Shown one piece after another: positions 40,423 to 49,942 of a DNA stretch of 64,000 nt. Origin of the DNA: Ignavibacteriota bacterium. GTDB lineage: Bacteria > Bacteroidota > Ignavibacteria > Palsa-1295. Where the stretch lies: the NCBI GenBank assembly GCA_963787835.1, contig CAWBEI010000002.1, positions 1,504,001 to 1,568,000 on the forward strand, written 5' to 3'. The position numbers and the translations under genes were made by a program. Position 1 is the first letter of the stretch. The number at the start of each line of letters is the position of its first letter. The notes beneath the pieces were generated by a model. The model did no database searches. It saw nothing but the letters and a program-made list of their open reading frames with translations, and had not been told where the DNA came from.

Positions 40423-43400
40423 ATGAACATACTTTACCGAACTATTTTTTTTACCGCGCTCGCCATACTTTCCTGGATTTTCCTGACTCCGATGGTTTTT
40501 GCTCAAAGCACCGGGCAGTCCGAAAAAGGGGAGATTCTCGATAAGCCCGTCACTGCGCCATCCGATTCCGGATTGTATAAGGGGATCAATGAGCTTCCCG
40601 AATCCGTGCGCCGTTCTGCGCCTTTTGCTCGTGCGCTCGATGAAATGGTCCGCCACGCAGGCCCCAGCGGTATGTATGATCCGGAAGCTCGCGTCCGCGC
40701 GTTCGAGCAATCGCAGCAGGATCTTATAAACTCGGCACCGGCACCAGCGGAAAAATCTCTTGCTCCGTCCGGGAATTTAGCAAATGGCCAGATGCATCCT
40801 CTTGCAAATGCCTGGACGAACATCGGCCTGATTGGTCCGCCCAACGACTACGTGTTCACCGCCGGCTGCACGACAACGATCGCGTTCGATCCCACAAACC
40901 CAAATGTTATGTATGCCGGAGGAACAAGCGGGGGAGTATGGAAGTCCACAGATGCTGGTGCGCATTGGGTTTCGCTGACCGATACCTGGATCCCCAATCA
41001 ATCCATTGCATCGATCGCGGTAGATCCTAAAAATCATAATACGCTCTATGTGGGAACCGGTAACGGGTTCGCCAGCATCGATGAACTTTCGGGAACTGGC
41101 CTGTATCGATCGACGGATGGTGGTGGTTCGTGGAAACATATCGGCTCTTCGACCATTCCCGGAACGGTCGTGAAAGTGTTGGTCGACCCCGTCAAGAGCA
41201 ATGTAGTGTTTGCCTCGATGTATAGTTCCGCATTAGGCGCTGCACATGGGTTGTATCGCTCTACGGATTCAGGTTCAACCTGGACGAAGGTCTATTCACC
41301 GACCACCAGTGCCGTTACCGAAGTGTGGGACATCGAGGCCGGAACGGTTGTCGGAGGTATTCCAGAATTGTACTTTGCGGAGGGGAACAATCCTAATAAT
41401 TCGGCAAGTGAATGTGGGTTGTACCGGTCTGGGAACGATGGCGCAACGTGGTCGAAGATCATCGGTAATCTCCCAGCCGGCGATAGCATTGGGAGATGTT
41501 CCATCTCGATTTCCACAGCCCATCCGGAGCGTGTGTTCGTGCTCATGGCAAATCCCGATGGCGACCTCATCAACGAATTGCGCTCGCTCTTTCGCTCGAC
41601 AGATAATGGATCAACGTGGGCTTCCATGCAGGTACCCTCAACTCTGTTTATCGGGCCGAACCCATCACCCCAGGGATGGTATGATTGCATGGTTGCAGTA
41701 AGTCCTAATTCCAGTTCTGCCGGGGATACTATTTTTATTGGTGGGATCGAAGCCTATTATAATTACAGCGACGGTAACGGATGGATCGATTATAGCGATA
41801 ATAATGCCAATAGCTGGTCATGGGAAGCTTCTCATGTGGATCATCATGCGATCGCGTTCAATCCTAAAAGCTCCCAGGTCGTCTATGATGGCTGCGATGG
41901 CGGGTTGTATTGGTCAGAGGAGACCGGACTCGTGGATTATCAGAACTTAACTACTTCCTGGCAATATCGATCCAATGAGATGGTCACGAATCGAATCTAT
42001 CACATGGGACTTGATCTTTTAGATTCAAAGACCACCTTCGTCGGCTTGCAGGATCAGGGAACCTGGCAATTAACCGATGGAACGAACTCTGTGCTCGTTG
42101 CGAGCGGGGATGGTATGCAGCCGCTTTCGTATTCCGGTAACTCCCAGATACCGTATTATGTCGAGTTGGCTGGCGGCGACATTTATGATAACAAGGGAAA
42201 CCCCTTGTTCCTTGAATTCACCGATAACTCCTATTGGGATACCCCATTCAAAATGGCAATTGTCCCCTATGATGGTATCCAGCCATATAATGTGCTTTAT
42301 GAAGGCCGGGAACATTTATGGCTTTCGACCGACGATGGCGCAGACTGGAGCATGAACGGCGCGACCTTCAACGATTATATTCATTCCATTGGGCTTTCGC
42401 ACAGTACTTCCAATCTCATCTATGTGGGAACCACTGGAGAGATCTCCGTTACCACCGATGGAGGTACAACGTGGTCATCGAAAACATCCGGGATGCCGGG
42501 CGCCTATGTTACTTCCATCGTGACCACGAATAAGAATACGGATTTTGCACTCGCAAGCTTTTATACCTACAGTGGTCACCGCGTCATGAAGACCACAAAT
42601 CAGGGAAGTACGTGGGTGGATGCTTCAGGCACAACAGGCAGCGCGCTTCCCGAGGTTGGAGTTAGCTGTGTTGCGCTCGATTCTGCCAGCCCACTTAGCA
42701 CCTGGTATGCTGCTACCGATAACGGCATTTATTACACCATGGATACAGGTTCGCATTGGTCGATCGCTGGTTCCGGAATCGGGCTTGCAGCGTGCAGCGA
42801 TGTGGAAGTGCAGGCGAACAAGACAACGATCCGCGTTGCAACCTTTGGCCGTGGGATTTGGGAAGGAAATACGGGAGTGCTTCCGATCGAACTGGCATCC
42901 TTCACGTATCAGAAACAGCAAAGCCCGCAGCCGATCGGCACCATTCTGAATTGGATCACCGATAGCGAATTAGGCACGGCGTACTTCGAGATCGATCGGA
43001 GCATCGGCGGGGCATCCTTCCAGCAGATCGCGCAGGTTCCCTCGAAAGCTTCGGGCGGGAATTCGAGTACACAGCTTAACTACAGCTTTTTTGATTCGAC
43101 GCATGCCGCAGGCGAATATATTTATCAGCTCAAGGAGGTCGATCTCGATGGCTCTGTTCATGCTTCTAATCTTGTGGAGCTGAATTGGGGAGCGAGCGGA
43201 CTCATCGTGTCGCAGAATTATCCGAATCCATTCCTCATCGGGAATCCATCGACCTCCGTGAGTATCGCGAATGAACTGCTTGGGAATCCGGCTCCATCGA
43301 ACACGATCTCTCCCTGGCCGGTAACGCGCTTCCATTATGAATTACCGAACGCGGATGTGGTGACCCTCAAGATCTACACCTCGACCGGCGAGCTTATCCG

Positions 43401-43563
43401 CACGATCCTCGACCAAGTGCAGCAACAGCCCGGCGACCCCGATGCCTTCTGGGATGGCCGCAAAGAGGATGGCTCCTATGCACCAAGCGGTACGTATTTC
43501 TATGTCATCCAAACCCAGAATTCCGGCACCGTCGTCAATAAGATGATCTTGCTGTCGAATTAG
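40423..43563 (+). CDS. BNR-repeat (VPS10/xyloglucanase-like) secreted protein with T9SS/FlgD-like C-terminal domain
   Basis: Signal peptide, GGVWKSTDAG repeats, QGWYD, HVDHHA, ATFGRGIW, LPIELASF linker, SQNYPNPF...WDGRKEDG...SGTYFY. Confidence 0.9.
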   Translation: MNILYRTIFFTALAILSWIFLTPMVFAQSTGQSEKGEILDKPVTAPSDSGLYKGINELPESVRRSAPFARALDEMVRHAGPSGMYDPEARVRAFEQSQQDLINSAPAPAEKSLAPSGNLANGQMHPLANAWTNIGLIGPPNDYVFTAGCTTTIAFDPTNPNVMYAGGTSGGVWKSTDAGAHWVSLTDTWIPNQSIASIAVDPKNHNTLYVGTGNGFASIDELSGTGLYRSTDGGGSWKHIGSSTIPGTVVKVLVDPVKSNVVFASMYSSALGAAHGLYRSTDSGSTWTKVYSPTTSAVTEVWDIEAGTVVGGIPELYFAEGNNPNNSASECGLYRSGNDGATWSKIIGNLPAGDSIGRCSISISTAHPERVFVLMANPDGDLINELRSLFRSTDNGSTWASMQVPSTLFIGPNPSPQGWYDCMVAVSPNSSSAGDTIFIGGIEAYYNYSDGNGWIDYSDNNANSWSWEASHVDHHAIAFNPKSSQVVYDGCDGGLYWSEETGLVDYQNLTTSWQYRSNEMVTNRIYHMGLDLLDSKTTFVGLQDQGTWQLTDGTNSVLVASGDGMQPLSYSGNSQIPYYVELAGGDIYDNKGNPLFLEFTDNSYWDTPFKMAIVPYDGIQPYNVLYEGREHLWLSTDDGADWSMNGATFNDYIHSIGLSHSTSNLIYVGTTGEISVTTDGGTTWSSKTSGMPGAYVTSIVTTNKNTDFALASFYTYSGHRVMKTTNQGSTWVDASGTTGSALPEVGVSCVALDSASPLSTWYAATDNGIYYTMDTGSHWSIAGSGIGLAACSDVEVQANKTTIRVATFGRGIWEGNTGVLPIELASFTYQKQQSPQPIGTILNWITDSELGTAYFEIDRSIGGASFQQIAQVPSKASGGNSSTQLNYSFFDSTHAAGEYIYQLKEVDLDGSVHASNLVELNWGASGLIVSQNYPNPFLIGNPSTSVSIANELLGNPAPSNTISPWPVTRFHYELPNADVVTLKIYTSTGELIRTILDQVQQQPGDPDAFWDGRKEDGSYAPSGTYFYVIQTQNSGTVVNKMILLSN

Positions 43564-43566
43564 GGG

Positions 43567-43779
43567 TTATTCTTTTAAGAGAAGATCAGGTGTGATCTTT
43601 AGGGCCTTTGCAAGACGGGCGAGATTATCAATACCGATACTCACTTGCTCTGACTCAACTTTGCTAATATAAACGTGTGTCATTGAACAGCGAAATCCGA
43701 GGGCCTCTTGAGAGAGGTTGAGAGCTTTTCTATATTCGCGAATATTACGAGCAACAATTTTTCTTATTGGATTAACCAC
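43567..43779 (-). CDS. XRE-family helix-turn-helix regulator (C-protein-like)
   Basis: VARNIREYRKALNLSQEALGFRCSMTHVYISKVESEQVSIGIDNLARLAKAL. GTG start at 43779 inferred. Confidence 0.9.
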   Translation of the reverse strand: MVNPIRKIVARNIREYRKALNLSQEALGFRCSMTHVYISKVESEQVSIGIDNLARLAKALKITPDLLLKE

Positions 43780-43949
43780 ACACCAAACTACCAAACATTA
43801 AGCCATAGGCTTTTCCCAAATTTGGTACAATGCCTTATTTTCATCGTATATTTGTATTAAGTGCTTTATGAAAAGCTCGGGCCGGGTACTTTTTTAGAAA
43901 AAACTGGTTTCATTGTAAGTCACGTCACCATGTAAAGGAGAATTGAGAG

Positions 43950-46900
43950 ATGAAAAAATCGATAAGTGTTAAGAGAATAGGTTTTGCCGTTTGCTTCACG
44001 TTACTCTTATGCTCAGGAGGAGTTCGCGCTCAGAGCTACGTCCCCGTTCCATATAATTTTGGTGTCGTCTTCGAAGCGACCGATGATTCAGCAGGAGTGG
44101 GTTTTAAGACAACCGACCTCTCAATGGACTGCCTTGCCGCAAATGGGTATGGTCAATGGACTGCTTCTTACAAAACACAAAATGCATTTGATTCCGGTAG
44201 CCCGGGCCTGTTCTTGCTGGCCAATGCGCTTCGCTCACCAGATTCAAATATAGTTACCGAACGTGTCTCGTCAACTGGAATTGTCTCGTTCAGACCGTTC
44301 GTCTATCCGGACAGTTCTGGGTATCCCGTTGATAGCACCACAACACACCGAAGTGTTGTGAAGTGTGTTGCCAACCTCAAAGGACGGGTTCGTTATGTGT
44401 GGCCACTTCAAAACCATACGGGGTTTTATATTGAGGGATTCAATGAATGTCCAGCGAACGACTCCGTAGGACTATCCGGGATCAACCTCGAATTTGCAAG
44501 TTATCCATATAATACGACATATGGTGCTTACCCGAGTCCACTCCTAGCAAAAGATGTAATCAAGCCAGCTACAGCCATCCCATTTAATACCATTCCAATG
44601 GCGTCTGGACATACGATTGTTACTAGCGCGCATGAGGCAGACCCCCGGGACTGGTTCGATATTGCTATCGACACAACATATCTATATGTTGTGTGGGAAG
44701 AGTATGATTCTACAGGACACTATAATATCTGGGAACTTAACGAGAACCTCTCCACCGGGCAATTTGGCCCCCCCATTGAGGTCGCGGCAGGGGCCAGGAG
44801 ACCCACGATCTCTGTTGATCTAAGGAAACATTTAACACCAGTTACACCTTGGCTCCCATGTTTTGATGTAGCCTATATTACGGGGCTTCTATCCACCGAT
44901 CATCTGACGTGGTACAACTATGATGGATTTAGAATCCCTGCTGCTGACACTATGGCGATGACAAAGAGTTCGGAAGACACAGCAGGAGGAACATGGTCAT
45001 ATAAGAAAGTCATGCACGCAAGAATGCTTGATGCAACATGGGAAAATATTTCGTCGTCCGACACGACTCCAAGAGCAATTTATGCAATCGTTACAGACTC
45101 TGTTAATAGTACCCATCTCGTTATGCATAAGATCAAGGGAGGCGCACAGGACGCAACGGCATATTATTGCGATGGTTCGAAAATTACTTATCACTCGTAT
45201 GGAGTTGATAACGGTAAGTTCCCAGTTATTGATAAGCCCATCCGAGCGTTTGTAAATCCTTATGATGGTGAAAATAACGATAACTTCGACGAGTACCATT
45301 GCATGTACCAACTGGCGAGAACATACACTGGTGGCTCACACAGGCCACTTATGATTATTCATGGGGCACTTGTGAATAATTCGCTGGGCCCCAAAAGGTG
45401 TCTCAACTTTACAAATGGGTATCTGACGCCAGGAACTGTATTTTTCCGCCCTGACACTTTTCACTCGTTCTATGCTGACCCTGGCTTGAATACGGATGGC
45501 GGCGACACGGATAATTATGTTGGTGCAGTAAACCAAATGGGAATTCACACCCACTGGCGCAACGGAACACAACACTACTATCTCAGAGACACTCGCATAT
45601 TTGATGAAAACATCGAGGAGAATACACTCGTCACAGAGGATGCTTTTGTTATCGATGGCACAACACATGGTGGGACTTATACGCCTACTATTCAACCTGG
45701 GAAGACAATGACATTGTGGTCTGACCGTATAAACGGCTATGGTGTAGATAACTTCCCAGGAAAATGTACCCTGTGGATCACATACTTTGAAGGTAACTTT
45801 GGGGCTAATGATGCCGCGACCAAACTAATCGTTGGGACTGGAACGGGCAATCCTGCCAAAATGGTAGTTGTGTGGAATGCGGACGTTCAATCGGATACAA
45901 GTTCTCAACAAGTAGTTATAAAACCGCTCTCATCACTAGATGCATACGGTAATTCGGACTTTGAAACGACCCTTAAAATGGAAGGCATTGGGGCAACGAT
46001 GACTGGGGGAACGTATAATTACCCTTCTGCTATTTCAAGTCCTGCATATCTTAACCTACATGGGCATAGCCTTTTCTTTCCAGCAAGTGTTTTAGCAGAT
46101 AGTAGTCTTATCACCACTGAATACGACCAGGACGCAACGTTGCTCGATAGTAGCTTTGATTTTTCAGGCCTATATGTGCCGTTTCCCAGCACCATTACGA
46201 ATTCAATAATTTTGAATAAAGACACAAGCGTCCCGGGGAGCAACATTGCCACGATTGAGATGTGGGAGACAGATTTATTACATGATACAATCTCGATTAT
46301 CAATTGTCTGATTCAGCAGGGTAGACTTGCAGTACCCGAACCTTTCTTCCAGCCTCTTCCGATTATAATATCCGGTGGGAAATTCGATAATACTCCAATT
46401 TGGGGATATTTCGTTCCTAATTCATTAACGATAGAAAACGTCTTGTTCAAGCTTACAAGCTATCCTCACAATACATTGGGTGCGGGTGCAGAAATTTTTC
46501 TCCAAAACGAAAATGGTTCATATCTCCCATACGAAACCTATAACACGACTACCATTTCCGGGTGTGATTTCGCAGAACTCCCAAATGGCTCTGACGGAAT
46601 TTTTGCTTACGATTACGCAACCGATTCCGACATTGTGCAACATCTCCAAATTAGCGGAAATTCCTTTAATGATGCCGCTTATTCTGGCCTTCTTCCCCAC
46701 GCCGCCATTGAGCTAAAACATTCCGAAGGGCTGATTGCCGATAATACTATTGAAGGTTATTTCCAATATGGCATTATCGTGTCCGGGAATAATTCCTATA
46801 CTACACTTCAAACAAAGTCCACTATTTGTTCGAATTCCATAGCGACTGGGACTATTGCTGGGATTGCAACAGATAACACTGAGGGCTACGCAGAACTCAA

Positions 46901-48389
46901 CGAAGTTCAAAAAATCACTGGAGCAGGGCATATCAGTGGCGTCAATGACAAAGGCCGGATTATTTACTCAAATTATTCTAATAATGAGGGATCGGGAATT
47001 GTGGCATCTGATTCATCGGGGGAAGGTGCTGCCGATCTAACTGGCATCCATTCAACCACTCCTGATTCCATCGATAATGCCGCATTCGATACGATTCAAC
47101 AAAACGGAGGTAATGCACAAATTAGCCTCGTGAAAGGAGCCAACATTCGGCTTGGAAATGACCATGAATTATGGTCATGGACCAATTGGTGTCAAAATAA
47201 CATTATCACGTCTTATTCTGACAATGGTTGTGATGGTGGTGTCAGCTATGTTCCATTTATCGTCGAGGATAGCGGCAAAACCAACAGTAAGCTTGGCAAC
47301 ATATCACACAATTTTTTTGACGATATTAATATTGGTTTTGTGTTACCTGAAAACCAGCCGACAGGAACTGGATGCAACGATACACTCAATCGTGGAACGC
47401 CTTCGAGTTGGCTATCTTCTTATTCGACTCCCATCGCTGCAACGGGGTTTTGCAATAGCGCCGATTCTAATGATACTACATGGCAATCTCGGCCTGATGG
47501 TGCAGTTGATTGCGGAGCACCATTGCCTTTATACAAGACCAAAAAGAAATCTCCAAAAACTCTATCATTTCTAAATTTAGACACCTCCACATGCCAATAT
47601 AAATTTTCGTTAGGGGATGCTGATGATCAAGCTGGCGAATACCTACAAGCTGTTAACGAATTAGAGTGGTATGTTGAAACCTGCTACGATTCCGGCGCAG
47701 CACAAGCATTTGGGGATTTACCCGGTGCTGTTGGCGCTATGGGAGGTGACACATCGAGATTTACCACCTTCCGAGAGTGGCTAAAGACAGTTCTTTGGCT
47801 TGGACCAATGTACCCAAATTATTATTGCAATTGTGCTCAAGATATGTATGAAAGCTACGAAGGAATTGATGCAGGCCGTAATTTGAATGCAGCTCTTGCA
47901 GTCATTAGATATTTGGACTCATCCGGCCGATGCAATTGGGATGCGGACGAAAATGAATATCTTGCCATGCGTCATCAGATATGGCTCGATACTGTAGGCG
48001 GATTACACAAAGGCGATACGACGGATTTTCCCGAAGACACAACGCTTCCTACTATTGATGATCTTGGCCTTCAAATCCTTCGCGGACCTCTTGCCGTAGT
48101 TCAGAATGTGTCTCCATCGCCGTCGGGAATTAGTGGTCTCACCGCAAGCGAAAATCCATTCGTCAAAGAGACGACGATCTCCTTTACCACAGGGGAATAT
48201 GCCTACATCAGTTTCCAGGTGTTCGATGTGCTCGGAAGAGTGCTGCAAGGGGACTATAAAGGCTCAGTCCAGTCTCCTGGCTCTTACTCCTTTACTGTCG
48301 ATGGCACAAACTGGCCTCCGGGGCCTTATTATGCTCGCATTACAACGCCTCTTGGTGAAACGAGGACAATAAAATTGGTGAAGGAATGA
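43950..48389 (+). CDS. Giant (1479 aa) secreted protein with probable beta-helix region and T9SS CTD
   Basis: AAGGAG RBS, signal peptide, ISGN/IADN/ICSN..GI repeats, C-terminal ENPF...FDVLGR...GPYYARI...TIKLVKE. Confidence 0.85.
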   Translation: MKKSISVKRIGFAVCFTLLLCSGGVRAQSYVPVPYNFGVVFEATDDSAGVGFKTTDLSMDCLAANGYGQWTASYKTQNAFDSGSPGLFLLANALRSPDSNIVTERVSSTGIVSFRPFVYPDSSGYPVDSTTTHRSVVKCVANLKGRVRYVWPLQNHTGFYIEGFNECPANDSVGLSGINLEFASYPYNTTYGAYPSPLLAKDVIKPATAIPFNTIPMASGHTIVTSAHEADPRDWFDIAIDTTYLYVVWEEYDSTGHYNIWELNENLSTGQFGPPIEVAAGARRPTISVDLRKHLTPVTPWLPCFDVAYITGLLSTDHLTWYNYDGFRIPAADTMAMTKSSEDTAGGTWSYKKVMHARMLDATWENISSSDTTPRAIYAIVTDSVNSTHLVMHKIKGGAQDATAYYCDGSKITYHSYGVDNGKFPVIDKPIRAFVNPYDGENNDNFDEYHCMYQLARTYTGGSHRPLMIIHGALVNNSLGPKRCLNFTNGYLTPGTVFFRPDTFHSFYADPGLNTDGGDTDNYVGAVNQMGIHTHWRNGTQHYYLRDTRIFDENIEENTLVTEDAFVIDGTTHGGTYTPTIQPGKTMTLWSDRINGYGVDNFPGKCTLWITYFEGNFGANDAATKLIVGTGTGNPAKMVVVWNADVQSDTSSQQVVIKPLSSLDAYGNSDFETTLKMEGIGATMTGGTYNYPSAISSPAYLNLHGHSLFFPASVLADSSLITTEYDQDATLLDSSFDFSGLYVPFPSTITNSIILNKDTSVPGSNIATIEMWETDLLHDTISIINCLIQQGRLAVPEPFFQPLPIIISGGKFDNTPIWGYFVPNSLTIENVLFKLTSYPHNTLGAGAEIFLQNENGSYLPYETYNTTTISGCDFAELPNGSDGIFAYDYATDSDIVQHLQISGNSFNDAAYSGLLPHAAIELKHSEGLIADNTIEGYFQYGIIVSGNNSYTTLQTKSTICSNSIATGTIAGIATDNTEGYAELNEVQKITGAGHISGVNDKGRIIYSNYSNNEGSGIVASDSSGEGAADLTGIHSTTPDSIDNAAFDTIQQNGGNAQISLVKGANIRLGNDHELWSWTNWCQNNIITSYSDNGCDGGVSYVPFIVEDSGKTNSKLGNISHNFFDDINIGFVLPENQPTGTGCNDTLNRGTPSSWLSSYSTPIAATGFCNSADSNDTTWQSRPDGAVDCGAPLPLYKTKKKSPKTLSFLNLDTSTCQYKFSLGDADDQAGEYLQAVNELEWYVETCYDSGAAQAFGDLPGAVGAMGGDTSRFTTFREWLKTVLWLGPMYPNYYCNCAQDMYESYEGIDAGRNLNAALAVIRYLDSSGRCNWDADENEYLAMRHQIWLDTVGGLHKGDTTDFPEDTTLPTIDDLGLQILRGPLAVVQNVSPSPSGISGLTASENPFVKETTISFTTGEYAYISFQVFDVLGRVLQGDYKGSVQSPGSYSFTVDGTNWPPGPYYARITTPLGETRTIKLVKE

Positions 48390-48446
48390 GAAAAATTCAA
48401 ATTTCATGATGGGTGAGAAAATTGTCGTATATTAGTTCGTACTTTG

Positions 48447-48665
48447 ATGGGCACCTATATCAATTTTCAAGTAAGCATTGAGAATTAAGAGTAGGTGTGC
48501 ATCGCTCATTGGCAATTTGGGCGGCATAGCTTTCGTTATGAACGAGTTCTCTGTGAAGGGACTTTTATGAATACTCGTTGAAACAAATGGCGAAATTGGC
48601 TTAAAAACGAAGGGTGAAGATGAAATGTCGGGAACTCACAAAAAAGAAAAATAGCACCTATTTCT
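48447..48665 (+). ncRNA. Candidate structured non-coding element, copy 2
   Basis: TATATT at 48428-48433; blocks ATGGGCACCTAT, GCTTTCGTTATGAACGAG, ATGGCGAAA, AAACGAAGG, TCGGGAACTCACAA, GCACCTATTTCT shared in order with copy 3. Confidence 0.65.
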
Positions 48666-48743
48666 TGAGGAAACACGATTTTGTCTAATAATCTTGTTCG
48701 AGCCTTCGGCTGGACCGCGCTCATTCGCAAAGGTTTCTCTATT

Positions 48744-49808
48744 TCAGTAACGGAGGGCAGGATTGGGGATCTGGCCATATTTAAATATGGCGAACGTTCC
48801 CGGAATGATGGTTGGCCTTGGGTTGGGTTTATCCTTCGTTTGAGCCGGGGCGGGGCCGAGATCGGCAGTGGTGAGATAGATGTCATGCGTGGTTGGGTCG
48901 AACCCGACATTGCGCGCGCCCTTCTTGGTTTCGAGCTTTTGTGCGAGCTTGTATTTGCCCTCGGTGGTCTCTCTCAGAATGGTAACATTTCCCTCACCAT
49001 TGGCGCTGAACGCAAGCTTGGTGAAGGGATCGAAATCCGCAGCATCGACGCCTTTGCCGATGGGGAAAGTCTGGGTGATCTTGCCATTGGTCGCATTCAT
49101 CACGATCATTTTCTGATTCGCGCATCCGGCGAAAAGGCGGTTCGAGCCACGATCCATCGTGAGTGCCGTCGGTCCGACGCCCGGCGCGAGCTTCCACACC
49201 GCTTCAACCGTGTTGGTGCTCGAGTTGATCTTTGCGATCTCGGACGTGCTTTCAATATTGACATAGACGTAGCCACGTTCATCGGAGATGGCGGATTCGG
49301 GGTTCCCATCAAGCGCAATAAGCGCGAGCGAGGCGCCGGTGCTGGCATCGAGTACTGAAATATTATTGCTACCGGCGTTCATCACAAACACATGATGGGA
49401 AGCATAGTCATAGATAATGGCATCCGGCTTTTCGCCGACTGCAATGCGCTGAATGGTGTCACGTTTCTGCAAACCGAACTCCAGCACCGTATTCGATTTT
49501 CCGCAGGAGATAAACCCATGCTTTTCGCGATCTGCAATGGCAATACCATGAGCACCTTCCGTATTTAAGATCGGTGCCATCACGGAATCGTGGTCGAGGT
49601 TATAGGTTTCGACTTGCGTGGCGTGCGCGATATATAGCGTTCGGTTTTCGGCATCGACTGTAAGAAAATCCCACCCGCCCTGACCGCCGATCGTTACTTG
49701 TTTTAAAAGCTGATAGCGTATCGAATTCTGTGCGGATACATGACCGCAACAGCACGTGATAAAAATTCCGAGCGATAGGAAAGAGAGCCTTGACGTGAGC
49801 TTATTCAT
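48744..49808 (-). CDS. YncE/YVTN-family beta-propeller protein
   Basis: GGQGGWDFLTVD, GAHGIA, GEKPDAIIYD, KKGARN. Confidence 0.9.
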   Translation of the reverse strand: MNKLTSRLSFLSLGIFITCCCGHVSAQNSIRYQLLKQVTIGGQGGWDFLTVDAENRTLYIAHATQVETYNLDHDSVMAPILNTEGAHGIAIADREKHGFISCGKSNTVLEFGLQKRDTIQRIAVGEKPDAIIYDYASHHVFVMNAGSNNISVLDASTGASLALIALDGNPESAISDERGYVYVNIESTSEIAKINSSTNTVEAVWKLAPGVGPTALTMDRGSNRLFAGCANQKMIVMNATNGKITQTFPIGKGVDAADFDPFTKLAFSANGEGNVTILRETTEGKYKLAQKLETKKGARNVGFDPTTHDIYLTTADLGPAPAQTKDKPNPRPTIIPGTFAIFKYGQIPNPALRY

Positions 49809-49942
49809 TATATTTCCAAATTGTTTCTAAATCTGTCGAATGTCGGGTATCGAAGGCACGCAACAACACCATACGTTCAACTGTGAATCCTTCTGTCGCA
49901 TGGATCACAAAAAAATGGAGTGGCTGCTGGATGTAGTTCGAG

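Noticed and set aside
48447-48488. Small peptides starting MGT in the three non-coding elements
   Set aside because: MGTYINFQVSIEN, MGTLYQFSIKN and MGTYPGKR differ in frame and length; an indel between copies 1 and 2 breaks the frame while the DNA stays similar.
48529-48600. Element core as an IscB omega/HEARO RNA or a c-di-GMP riboswitch
   Set aside because: Only a superficial CGTTAT...TGGCGAA resemblance; other conserved motifs and any iscB/tnpB gene are missing. A covariance-model search is needed to exclude this formally.
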